Assembly: GCA_030049455.1 (NCBI GenBank)
Contig: JASIKV010000159.1
Coordinates: forward strand, 1 to 31,309
Direction: 5' to 3'
Length of the DNA stretch: 31,309 bases
From: Terriglobia bacterium
GTDB taxonomy: Bacteria > Acidobacteriota > Terriglobia > UBA7540
Each line of letters starts with the position of its first letter. Position 1 is the stretch's first letter. A program made the translations under genes and the position numbers. This document shows positions 17,180-26,500 of the stretch, piece by piece. The notes beneath the pieces were generated by a model. That model ran no database searches and was not told the DNA's origin. It saw only the letters and a list, made by a program, of their open reading frames with translations.

Positions 17180-17237
17180 TGCAAAGATGCTTCCAAGTCG
17201 GCGGTCAGCCAATTCACATTTTCGTTGAGGAAGATAC

Positions 17238-17657
17238 TCAAGACGATTTCTTTCCGGCCATCTCCAGGATGATTTCCCAATGGGCGTCCGAAACAGGCAT
17301 CACGGAGAGACGCGGCATTCTGACCAGATCGAAGCCCTTAAGCGAGTTTGTTTTCTTAATTTCATCGAGCGAAACCGGGCGGGCGAGCTTCCCCTTGGCC
17401 TGCAAGTCTATCACCGCCAGGCGCGGGTCCTTTTGCTTAGGGTCAGGGTAAGGGTCACTCAAAGCTTCGGCGAGCCCAACGGCAGCGCGCTCCTCGCCGG
17501 TGTGGTAAATCATGAGCAGGTCACCACGGCGCACGTTGCGAAGGTGCTTCAGCGCCAGATTGTTGGAAATGCCATCCCAAACGGTTTTGCCATCGCGCAC
17601 GAGGTCTAAAAAAGAATAGTGCTCGGGATCGGATTTCAACAACCACTTTGCCGGCAT
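17238..17657 (-). CDS. EVE domain-containing protein
   Basis: WLLKSDP..YS..WDGISN..GD...YHT..VG..DPYPDP..VSLDEIK..RLSVMPV..HWEII; RBS GGAGGG upstream of ATG 17657. Confidence 0.92.
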   Translation of the reverse strand: MPAKWLLKSDPEHYSFLDLVRDGKTVWDGISNNLALKHLRNVRRGDLLMIYHTGEERAAVGLAEALSDPYPDPKQKDPRLAVIDLQAKGKLARPVSLDEIKKTNSLKGFDLVRMPRLSVMPVSDAHWEIILEMAGKKSS

Positions 17658-17825
17658 CGTACCCCTCCGCTTCAATTCATGTTAGTCTTGACAGTGCCAT
17701 TGTACGTGAATCATCCAAGTTCCGCACGATAGCGCCTGGAATTAATGCCTTCCTCGGGAAGCGGGAGCGTTGTATCGATTTGAACCAGTGTGCATCTAAA
17801 GGTTCTGGAGGTTGAGGAGAAGAAT

Positions 17826-18164
17826 ATGGAAAAGGTAATGCATGTGGCAGCGGCAGATTGGCAGGGTTTGGAGACAAGCGCCAAGCCGGTGTTTCTGGAT
17901 TTTTGGGCGGATTGGTGCGGCCCGTGCAGAATGCTCGCGCCGACATTCGAAAAATTGGCCGAAAAGTTCGGTGAGCAGGTGACTTTTGCGAAGGTCAACG
18001 TGGACGAACTGCCCGATATCGCCAACAAGTTCTCCGTGCGATCCATACCCACTCTGGTTCTGCTGCAATCCGGCAATGTGGTGGAAAGGCTGGTGGGGCT
18101 GCGATCGGAGCAGGAACTGGCGCAGGTGCTCGGCCGTTATACCAACAGCAACGGCAACAAGTAA
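17826..18164 (+). CDS. trxA: Thioredoxin
   Basis: DFWADWCGPC, AKVNVDE, VRSIPT; RBS GAGGAG upstream of ATG 17826. Confidence 0.95.
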   Translation: MEKVMHVAAADWQGLETSAKPVFLDFWADWCGPCRMLAPTFEKLAEKFGEQVTFAKVNVDELPDIANKFSVRSIPTLVLLQSGNVVERLVGLRSEQELAQVLGRYTNSNGNK

Positions 18165-18249
18165 GTTGAGTTTGAGGGCCGGAATAGGGAGCTGACCGTA
18201 AGCCTGCCCACCCGCAGTTCTGCTATGGAAAAGTTTGACGACTCGCCGA

Positions 18250-19248
18250 TCATGCCCCCGGACGTTGACCCAGCACATTCGTGGTATTGGGGAAGAATCC
18301 TTTGGGCGTGCTCATATAACCCGAAATGGTGTCTTTGCCCAATTTGTTGACAACCAACTCCAGCGCGGTTTGCGCGCCTTGAACGTAAAACCAAAGGGGT
18401 GAATTCAAAGCGCAATCGGGGTGCGCGGTTCTTTTGTCATCCGAGGTGAGAAACAGGCTGTATGTGTTTTTCTTGGGATCGGTTTTGTCCAGTTCCAGGG
18501 TAATCGTTCCGACCTTTTGCTGGGCCTTCTTGCGCGGCAGGGTAAATTCGAAATAGTCGCGGTCACTCTTGTGAGCCAGAGCGACCAATTCATCGTGCGT
18601 TCTGGCGATATCGCCCTTTAGTTCACCCTTCGTCCCGGTAAGGGCGTTCGTAAACTCCTCCTTGGTACTTGCCAAGTCCTGTTTGGTGCCTGCCAGATCG
18701 GAGCTTAAACCGCCGATTTTGGCATTGGAATCCGCCTGAATCTTGTTCACATCATCGGTGCTTGCCTTTTGGGCAATGGCTTGGTTCAACTGCGCCACCT
18801 GCGTTTCCTGCTGCTTTTGCACTTCCGCCGCTAGGGTGTGGGCTCGCTGAAGGTCCTGTTGCGTTACTCCGAGTTTTTCAGACGTAACCTGGAGTTGTCC
18901 ACGCAACTGGGCGTAGCGTTCATCCGTTGAGTCCAGCCGCCGGGTCAGCAGGTTCGTCGCGTCAGCTTGCTTTGAAGCGTAGTCGTTAAACTGGCTGCGC
19001 GCCATAAACGCCATTACCAAGTTCACGGCCGAAACGAGGGCGAGGACGGCCACAAGCCAAACCAGACCTTTTCCGCCCCCTGCCGCCGGTGCCGCCTGGG
19101 GAGCCTGCTGGACCAAAACGTACTGCGGGGCGCCAGGTTGCGGCTGGGCGAGGGGTTGGGGCGCGGCAGACGCCTGCTCGGGGGTGGCCGTGCGTCGAGT
19201 TGGCGCATCATTCAGGCCAAACATCGAGGTTGGATCATTTTCTGCCAT
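18250..19248 (-). CDS. Hypothetical single-pass membrane protein with a long coiled coil and a C-terminal beta-rich domain
   Basis: 332-aa ORF with RBS AAGGAG; Pro/Ala/Gln-rich N-terminus, one TM (LVWLVAVLALVSAVNLVMAFM), Q/A/K/L heptad-rich middle, YFEFTL..LELVVN..ISGYMSTPK terminus. Confidence 0.85.
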   Translation of the reverse strand: MAENDPTSMFGLNDAPTRRTATPEQASAAPQPLAQPQPGAPQYVLVQQAPQAAPAAGGGKGLVWLVAVLALVSAVNLVMAFMARSQFNDYASKQADATNLLTRRLDSTDERYAQLRGQLQVTSEKLGVTQQDLQRAHTLAAEVQKQQETQVAQLNQAIAQKASTDDVNKIQADSNAKIGGLSSDLAGTKQDLASTKEEFTNALTGTKGELKGDIARTHDELVALAHKSDRDYFEFTLPRKKAQQKVGTITLELDKTDPKKNTYSLFLTSDDKRTAHPDCALNSPLWFYVQGAQTALELVVNKLGKDTISGYMSTPKGFFPNTTNVLGQRPGA

Positions 19249-19426
19249 TTTGTCTCCTTATTTCCTTACGCCTGGGTCGAATTCCCTGGAATCGCCTGAT
19301 AATTCAACTGCTATGATGCCACATTCGGCCAGAGGGTTTATATGTAAATGCATTTTTACCTATAAAATCCCCTTAAGCGCCGCATAGGAGCAACCCATGT
19401 CCCGCCCAGGCAGGGACGCATGATGC

Positions 19427-19975
19427 TCAAAATTCGATTAAGGCGACGGCGTCGGCTCGAATCGCCTCACCCCGCCCCACAGCACCTAGCCCCTCACCGG
19501 ATTTGGCTTTAACGCTCACCTGACCGGGCTTTAGGGCCAAGGCGCTCGCCACTTTTTTCTCGATGTCCCCGATGTGCGGCGCGAGTTTGGGCCGCTCCAA
19601 ACCCACGGTCGCGTCAACGTTTACAATCCGATATCCGGCAGCGTCAAGCAACTCACGCACATGCTGCAGAAAATGCAGGCTGGGAGCGTTTTTCCATTTT
19701 GGAGCGGTGTTGGGAAAGTGACGCCCGATGTCACCCAATCGCGCCGCCCCCAAAAGGGCATCGCAAACTGCATGGGCCAGCACGTCGCCGTCGGAATGGC
19801 CGACCGGTCCACGGTCGAATGCAATCCGCACTCCGCCCAGAATCAGTTTGCGCCCAGGCGCCAGGCGGTGCAGGTCGTTGCCGATACCCACGCGCCACTG
19901 CGGAGAATCCGCGGGTTGGTTTTGAGGTTTTTGCGAACGGCGCAGTCGCTTCATCTTTTCCGATTTAGACCTCAT
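19427..19975 (-). CDS. ispF: 2-C-methyl-D-erythritol 2,4-cyclodiphosphate synthase
   Basis: RVGIGNDLHRL, GHSDGDVLAHAVCDALLGA, GDIGRHFP, NVDAT, VSVKAKSGEGLG. Start uncertain (19975 or 19954). Confidence 0.96.
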   Translation of the reverse strand: MRSKSEKMKRLRRSQKPQNQPADSPQWRVGIGNDLHRLAPGRKLILGGVRIAFDRGPVGHSDGDVLAHAVCDALLGAARLGDIGRHFPNTAPKWKNAPSLHFLQHVRELLDAAGYRIVNVDATVGLERPKLAPHIGDIEKKVASALALKPGQVSVKAKSGEGLGAVGRGEAIRADAVALIEF

Positions 19976-20669
19976 CCCGGGCGTTCTCGCGCTCCTGGGC
20001 AATGTAGAGACGCGCCAAGGGAAGATCCGAGGGCTTGGTGATTTTGATGTTGCGGTCCGATCCCATCAACACCCTCACCTCATGGCCTTCGTGCTCTACC
20101 AGACTCGACTCATCGGTGCCATAAAACCCCTCCGCGAGCGCCCGGTCAAAAGCCTGCCGCAAAATCGAATAACGAAACGCTTGCGGCGTTTGCGCCAGAA
20201 CGATGCGCTCACGCGGAATCGTACCCGAAATAACTTGCCGCTCGACTTTTTTGACCGTGTCCACGCTGGGAATTGCCAGAATCGCAGCGCCGTCCAGACG
20301 CGCGGCGTCAACCACGTGGCGAATCAGCGTAAGTTCGATAAACGGGCGCACGGCATCATGCACTGCCACAACTTCCGTGCCCGCCGGGGCTTCATTCAGG
20401 CATCGGACCACCGTCTCCTGGCGAGACCCCCCGCCTGCAATCAGCCGCACATCCTTTAAAAAATGTTCCGTAGCGATTTCTTTCGCAGCCCGGTCCATAT
20501 CCTCTGGGCGCAGACCCAGAAAGATTTCGTCAATGGCATCGGAAGCAGCGAATTTCCTGAGCGTATGAACGAAAATCGGCACGCCCTCAAGGGAAAGAAA
20601 CTGCTTGGGCGTTGCTCCGCCCATACGCAAGCCCGATCCGGCCGCAGGAATGATAGCTAAAACACTCAT
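19965..20669 (-). CDS. ispD: 2-C-methyl-D-erythritol 4-phosphate cytidylyltransferase
   Basis: IIPAAGSGLRMGG..PKQFL, GGGSRQETV, VHDAVRPF, AQTPQAF, TDESSLVE, NIKITKPSDL. Confidence 0.97.
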   Translation of the reverse strand: MSVLAIIPAAGSGLRMGGATPKQFLSLEGVPIFVHTLRKFAASDAIDEIFLGLRPEDMDRAAKEIATEHFLKDVRLIAGGGSRQETVVRCLNEAPAGTEVVAVHDAVRPFIELTLIRHVVDAARLDGAAILAIPSVDTVKKVERQVISGTIPRERIVLAQTPQAFRYSILRQAFDRALAEGFYGTDESSLVEHEGHEVRVLMGSDRNIKITKPSDLPLARLYIAQERENARDEV

Positions 20670-20723
20670 AAGAAGCCTTCAGAAGTCCGTAACCCGTTCT
20701 CAGGTCACGACACTCGAACGACG

Positions 20724-20760
20724 AAAAAAAGAGCGACGGAGCGTTTCTGCTCTCCGTCGC
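20724..20760 (-). terminator. Intrinsic terminator after the PIN/TRAM gene
   Basis: Perfect 9-bp stem GCGACGGAG/CTCCGTCGC (20733-20741 and 20752-20760), followed on the minus strand by TC and 7 T. Confidence 0.85.
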
Positions 20761-20798
20761 CTCGACGATCCGAGTATGCGCGCCTGGCCGCGGAACGT

Positions 20799-21818
20799 CT
20801 ACTGATGAACCGCCTCCGCCATCACGCGCCGCTCATCGTACTTCCCAAAAATCATTTTTCCGGCGGTGGTCTGCAAGACGCTGGTTACGGAAATATCGAT
20901 GGTCTTGGAGATCATCTTTTTGGCGTTGTCCACCACCACCATCGTGCCGTCATCCAGATACGCAACACCCTGGTTATATTCCTTGCCTTCCTTCAGGATG
21001 AACACCCGCATAACCTCGCCGGGCAGTACGACGGGCTTGAGCGCGTTGGCCAAATCATTGATGTTAAGCACCGGAACGCCCTGAAGCTGCGCGACTTTGT
21101 TGAGGTTGAAATCATTGGTGACGATTTTCCCTTCGTAAGCGCGCGCCAGTTCGATCAGTTTCAGGTCCACCTCGCGAAGCTGGGGGAAATCCTCCTCGAC
21201 AATTTGCACCGAAATGTTGCTCATCTTCTGCATGCGCTGAAGAATGTCCAGCCCCCGGCGCCCGCGATTGCGCTTCAACGGATCGGAAGAATCCGCCACC
21301 AATTGCAGCTCGCGCAGAACGAATTGCGGGATGATCAATGTGCCGTCGATAAAGCTGGTGTCGCAAACGTCCGCGATGCGCCCGTCGATAATGACGCTGG
21401 TATCCAGAATTTTGAAATTCTTGCGCGTCGGCTTTTCCGCGGAGAAAAGTCCGCCCAGCGCAGCGAGATTCAGCAAATCGCCTTTGTTGGCGCCCAGCAC
21501 CAGACCGACGTACGCCATCAACAGAAGCAGGGTGACCTGGAAAAACGAGTTCACCGCCTTGTCAATGGCCGTCATGGCCAGCAGGTGGCTGATCATGACC
21601 GCACCCAGAATGCCCAGGATCGAGCCGAAAGCCGCACCCATCAGCCGCTTCAGGCTGGCTCTTTCCAGACGCACTTCAAAGAAAACGAAGAACATCCCCA
21701 GGGCTAGGCCCAAGGCGGCGGATTCCGATTTGGAGTAACCAAAGGGATGAAGATGGATTGCTGCGGCGGTAATTATGATGACAAATATGACGCGGATGGC
21801 ACCCATTTCCCACGACAT
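20799..21818 (-). CDS. Membrane-anchored PIN/TRAM domain protein (YacL-like)
   Basis: Four N-terminal TM segments, [70 protein letters not shown]; RBS GGAGG upstream of ATG 21818. Confidence 0.95.
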   Translation of the reverse strand: MSWEMGAIRVIFVIIITAAAIHLHPFGYSKSESAALGLALGMFFVFFEVRLERASLKRLMGAAFGSILGILGAVMISHLLAMTAIDKAVNSFFQVTLLLLMAYVGLVLGANKGDLLNLAALGGLFSAEKPTRKNFKILDTSVIIDGRIADVCDTSFIDGTLIIPQFVLRELQLVADSSDPLKRNRGRRGLDILQRMQKMSNISVQIVEEDFPQLREVDLKLIELARAYEGKIVTNDFNLNKVAQLQGVPVLNINDLANALKPVVLPGEVMRVFILKEGKEYNQGVAYLDDGTMVVVDNAKKMISKTIDISVTSVLQTTAGKMIFGKYDERRVMAEAVHQ

Positions 21819-21903
21819 GAGGCGTGACCTCCATCTGGAACCAGCGGAAGAGTTCCGGCATGACCTGATTGCCCCCTGAATTACTACGCGGAATGACATT
21901 ACG

Positions 21904-21932
21904 AGTATATCATTCCACCCCCGCAGGGTGAA
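21904..21932 (-). promoter_or_regulatory. Candidate sigma70 promoter for the PIN/TRAM gene
   Basis: Minus strand TTCACC-N17-TATACT, with an extended -10 (TGATATACT), about 85 nt upstream of ATG 21818. Confidence 0.6.
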
Positions 21933-22013
21933 AGCTCGTAAAGAACCTATGACTCTTTGTTGGGCGTAAGAGTTGTATCCGAGTGCAGAGAAATAACCTC
22001 CCCGCAAGGTGGG

Positions 22014-23375
22014 CTATCGGCGCGCCCGGGTCCTAATCACGATGGGGGTTCCTGCGAACCCGAATCTTTCGCGAATGCGGTTCTCAAGGAAGCGCTCGAA
22101 GGAGAAATGCAGTTTGCCCGAGCGATTGGTGAAGGCGATGAAGATGGGCGGCGCCACCCCCGCCTGGGTCATGTAGAAAACCCGCGTGGGTTTGCCCGCC
22201 GGCGTGGTCACTCGGTCGAAATCAACTTCCTCCATGAATCGGTTCATCTCTGACGTGCTGATGCGCAGCCGGCGGCTTTGGGCAACCTGCACAATGGCCT
22301 GCAACAGGTTCCCAACCCGCTGCCCGCGAAGTGCGGAGATGAAAACGATGGGCGCGTAGTCCAGATACTTCATTCCCTCGCGAATCTTGCGCGTAAAGTC
22401 CTGAGTGGTGGCGGGACCTTTGCGAATTGCATCCCACTTGTTCACGACGATGATGACGGAGCGGCGGCTTTCGTGAGCGTATCCGCCAATGTGCGTGTCG
22501 AGCGCCGTCACCCCCTCCTGCGCGTCCAGAATCAGCAGCGCCACGTCCGCGCGCTCCAGGTGTTTGCGCGCCTGAATGACGCTCAGTTTCTCAGCCAGCA
22601 ATTTGGTCTTTCCCTTCCGCCGGATTCCCGCCGTGTCCACAAATCGGAAGTGCAGGCCGTCCCGCTCCAGCTCCGCGTCCACAGCGTCGCGCGTGGTTCC
22701 GGGAATGGCTGAGACAATTGCGCGCTCCTCATTCATCAGCCGGTTCAACAAAGTGGACTTCCCCACGTTGGGACGGCCGATGATGGCGACGTTGATGGGA
22801 TATTCGGCCGAACCGACCACGGATTCATCGGCGGGCGTTGTTTCCGTTTTTTCGTCGGTGCTGGTTGGCGCCGATGGGAAATCCGCGGTTATGTGGTCCA
22901 GCAAATCGTCAACGCCCAGACCGTGCTCGGCGGAAATTGGGAAGACGTCTTTGATTCCCAGACGGTGAAACTCCGCACTTAGTGGCGCGTGCTGCTCGGC
23001 GTCAACCTTGTTGACCGCCAGCGACAATGGCCTGCCTGTGCGCCGAAGGAGTTGCGCCAGTTCTTCGTCGAGCGGCACCACGCCTTCGCGGCCGTCGACT
23101 ACCAGAATCAAGTGGGCGGCTTCTTCGATGGCTTTCTTCGCCTGGCGAAGGATTTCCACCGGAATCAGCTCCTTGTCGGTGGGAATGATTCCGCCGGTGT
23201 CAATCACCTCAAAGGGTTTTCCCAGCCATTCGGCGAGCGCGTAAAGGCGGTCGCGGGTCATCCCGGGTTCATCGCCCACCAGCGCCCGGCGCTGGCCACA
23301 GAGGCGATTGAATAGCGTGGACTTGCCCACATTGGGCCGGCCGAGAATCACGATGCGAGGGAGAGTGGAGGCCAT
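22014..23375 (-). CDS. der: Ribosome biogenesis GTPase Der (EngA)
   Basis: Two G domains (GRPNVGKSTL twice, DTGG and DTAG, NKVD and NKWD) and a C-terminal KH-like domain ending FGFAGTPI. Start placed at ATG 23375; the ORF-track extension runs through the REP element. Confidence 0.98.
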   Translation of the reverse strand: MASTLPRIVILGRPNVGKSTLFNRLCGQRRALVGDEPGMTRDRLYALAEWLGKPFEVIDTGGIIPTDKELIPVEILRQAKKAIEEAAHLILVVDGREGVVPLDEELAQLLRRTGRPLSLAVNKVDAEQHAPLSAEFHRLGIKDVFPISAEHGLGVDDLLDHITADFPSAPTSTDEKTETTPADESVVGSAEYPINVAIIGRPNVGKSTLLNRLMNEERAIVSAIPGTTRDAVDAELERDGLHFRFVDTAGIRRKGKTKLLAEKLSVIQARKHLERADVALLILDAQEGVTALDTHIGGYAHESRRSVIIVVNKWDAIRKGPATTQDFTRKIREGMKYLDYAPIVFISALRGQRVGNLLQAIVQVAQSRRLRISTSEMNRFMEEVDFDRVTTPAGKPTRVFYMTQAGVAPPIFIAFTNRSGKLHFSFERFLENRIRERFGFAGTPIVIRTRARR

Positions 23376-23411
23376 CTCCTTGAGAATAACAGAATGGCGT
23401 GATGAACTGAA

Positions 23412-23514
23412 TTTGTAGCGCGGACCGCCGGTTTTGTGGTTCGCGTTTTTTGTGGTGCCTGACAGAATAACTAACGGAAAACCCGCAGACCGCAAAATCA
23501 GCGGTCGGCGCTAT
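23412..23514. repeat. Inverted REP doublet (REPIN-like) upstream of der
   Basis: Left: GTAG-CGCGGACCGC-CGGTTTT-GTGGTTCGCG (10-bp stem with G-U pairs). Right, on the minus strand: ATAGCGCCGACCGCTGATTTTGCGGTCTGCG, a diverged copy. Confidence 0.75.
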
Positions 23515-23537
23515 AGCGGGACGCCCGCCCTGGACCT

Positions 23538-26500
23538 CTACTCTTCGTCCTCCGATTCCGACGCCGGCTCAGGTTTCACCTCAATCTTAATCACCGAAAG
23601 TCCGGCTCCACCCAACTGCTTGTTGAGCGCGGGAATGTCCGTTGATTTGATGGCTTTCCAGCGCGCGATTACATCCGCTTCGTCCTTTTGCGCGGCCGAG
23701 AACGCAGCGGTTTGGGTCGCCGTGGGCGCGGCGTCAACGTGATTCACCTGGGTATACAGACCGCCGACTTCACCCGCGGCGCGGGAAATGGACGGCTCAG
23801 GCGACGGCGGAGCGAAGAAGCCTCCCCCGCGCGCACCGGCCAGCGCCGACGCCTTCTTGCGGAGTGCGTTGACCGCATCGGCGACAGCGCCGCTCGCCTG
23901 CTTGGAGAGTGCGTCGAGTTGCTGATCGAGCGCCTTCAGTTCCGCCTGCGCGTCAAAGGTCTCATTCATCATCGCCGCGAGGCGCGTTTCAAAATTATGA
24001 GCCTGGCGCAGGTCCGCGGCGGGCGTGGGCACGCGCGGATCCATCAACACGGTCAATGGGGCCGTCAGGGTTTTGCCGTCCGCCGTAAGCTTCACGATGT
24101 ATTTGCCCGGCAAAACGTTCGGGCCCAGCGGCTCTCGCGGAGTATCGTGCGGCACCGCCGAAATCGGATAGTTGTAACCCGACGACTGCGGCGGAGTTTC
24201 ACGCAAATCCCACACGAATCGATGCATTCCCGGCTCGGTTGAGAGCATTGAGGGCATGCGCACCCAATAGGTCGGCACGCCGAGTGTTTCCCGCAGCGAC
24301 TCCAGGGTGAAGGGCGGCTTGTCAGCGCTCGAGAAGCGCCGAATTTTCTTGCCAGCGCTGTCCAGGATTTCGAATGTGACGGGGCCCGTCACACCAGCGC
24401 CCAGAGAGTAGTCAATGACCGCGCCATCGGGAGGATTCTGCCCCGCGGGCTCGTCCGGAGGCAGCGGCGTATCCGTGTTCGTATCGCGGCGGACCCGGTA
24501 AGCGGACGCGGGTTTGAACAGATAAACGTCCGCACCGGAAGCGGAAGCGATTTGGCGCAGGGGAGTGATGTCATCCAGCACCCAGAACGAGCGGCCGTGC
24601 GTCCCCACCAGCAAGTCGTCGTTGTGAATCCACAAATCCCGCATGGAGGTATGAGGAAGGTTCAATTGCAGCGACTGCCAGTGATCACCCGCGTCAAATG
24701 AAACCCACACGGCGTTCTCCGTGCCCGCGAACAACAGGCCCTTGACCTCCGGATCCTCGCGCACCGTGTCAACCGGACCAAAGTCCGGCAGTCCGTCAAT
24801 GATTTTTTGCCAGGTTTTGCCCCCGTCACGCGTGCGATAGATGAAAGGATGCTGATCGTCAATTCGAAAGCGGCTGACGGAAGCGTACGCCGTGCTGTCG
24901 TCAAAATGCGAGGCGGAAATTTGCGTTACCTTGCTCCAGGGAATTAATTCCGGGGGCGTGATGTTGCTCCAGTTTTTACCTCCGTCGCGCGTTATCCAGA
25001 TTTGGCCGTCGTCGGTCCCGGCCCAGAGGGTGTTGATATTTTTGAAGGAAGGCGCGAGCGCATAAATTGCGCCACGAACGCGCGCGGCGTTCCGGTCCTT
25101 TGATGCCAGGTCGCCAAGGCTTGCGGGGATTCCCGGATGCTCCCGCGTAAGGTCCGGGCTGATGGTGCGCCACGACACTCCGCCGTCATTGCTCTGAAAC
25201 AATTCGTTTGCGGCAAAGTAGAGGATGTGTGGATCGACGGGCGAAAACATAACCGGCTCCGTGCGGTCGGTCCGGTAGTTCCCGCCGCGCATCATGATGG
25301 GCGTAACGTCCTGCACCTGCCCCGTAACCCAATCGAACTTTGAAACCTCAGTGCGGCCGGCGCCGTAGACGTAGCGCGGATGCAGAGGGTCAGGCGCGAC
25401 GTACCCGTATTCGATCACGCCGACCGGATGCCAATCGCGAAAGGTGATTTCGCCATCGTTGCCGCGGCTCGACGTGCCGACGGAGCCGCTCTCCTGCTGC
25501 CCGCCGTAGACGCGATAGGGGAACTCATTGTCGGTGATGACGTGGTAGAACTGCGCGGTCGGCTGGTTATACCAGGAGCTCCATGTTTCACCGCCGTTCA
25601 CTGTAACGATGGCGCCCTGGTCGCTGACCAGCAGAATGGTGTTGGGGTCGTTGGGATTGATCCACATATTCTGGTAATCATCGCCGCCGGGCGCGCCCCG
25701 AATGCCCGTCCAGGTCTTTCCGCCGTCCTTCGAGCGCCAGGTGACCGTGCTGGTGGTGTAAATCACATCGGGATTTTTCGGATCGACGCGGGGTACGGCA
25801 AGATCACCGCCGCCGATGCGTACGGATGGGCGCGCGTCCGTGGTCGTTTGTGTCCAGTGCTCGCCGCCGTCATCGGAGCGAAAAATGTGCGTGCCGCGTG
25901 TGACCGCCAGGCTTGAATAAACGATCTGCGGATTGCTCGGCGCGATGGCGACGTAGGCTTGAACAAGGTCTTCCGGCAAACCGCCTGAGAGTTTATTCCA
26001 AGTGGTGCCGCCGTCGGTGGACTTGAAAATCCCCCCGCCTGCGCCGCCGTAGGAATTTCCGTCCTCCCACGGCCCCTGGCGCGCCCGCCACAGACAGGCA
26101 TAGAGCACATCGGGATTCGAAGGATCGATTTCAACGTCGGAGCCGCCGGTGTTTTCATCCTTGTACAAAACTTTCTGCCAGGTTTGGCCGCCGTCCGTGG
26201 AGCGAAAGATTCCGCGCTCTTCGTTTGCGCCGTAGGGATGACCGAGCACGGCGGCGAACACCTTGTTGGGGTCGCGCGGATCGATGGCAAGCGTAGGAAT
26301 CTGCTGGCCATCGCGCAGACCGAGGTGCGTCCAGGTTTTGCCCGCGTCGGTGGATTTGTAGATTCCGTCACCCACAGAAAGGTCGGGGCGCTGCAAACCC
26401 TCGCCGCTTGCCACGTAGACAATATTGGGATCGGAAGGCGCGACCGCGATGGCTCCCACCGACTGAGTGGGTTGATCGTCGAAGATGGGGTTCCAGGTGC

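Noticed and set aside
17688-17720. Sigma70 promoter from the perfect TTGACA at 17688 toward trxA
   Set aside because: No acceptable -10 hexamer at 16-18 nt spacing.
19954-20002. Frameshifted ispDF fusion (pseudogene or sequencing error)
   Set aside because: Both genes are complete with their own start and stop codons, and there is no slippery run at the overlap.
23376-23495. 40-aa N-terminal extension of Der in the ORF track (similarly 26730-26990 for the BNR protein and 21819-22007 for PIN/TRAM)
   Set aside because: These extensions run through REP elements or promoter regions. For the BNR and PIN/TRAM genes the downstream ATG has a good RBS, and in all three cases it gives the family-typical N-terminus.
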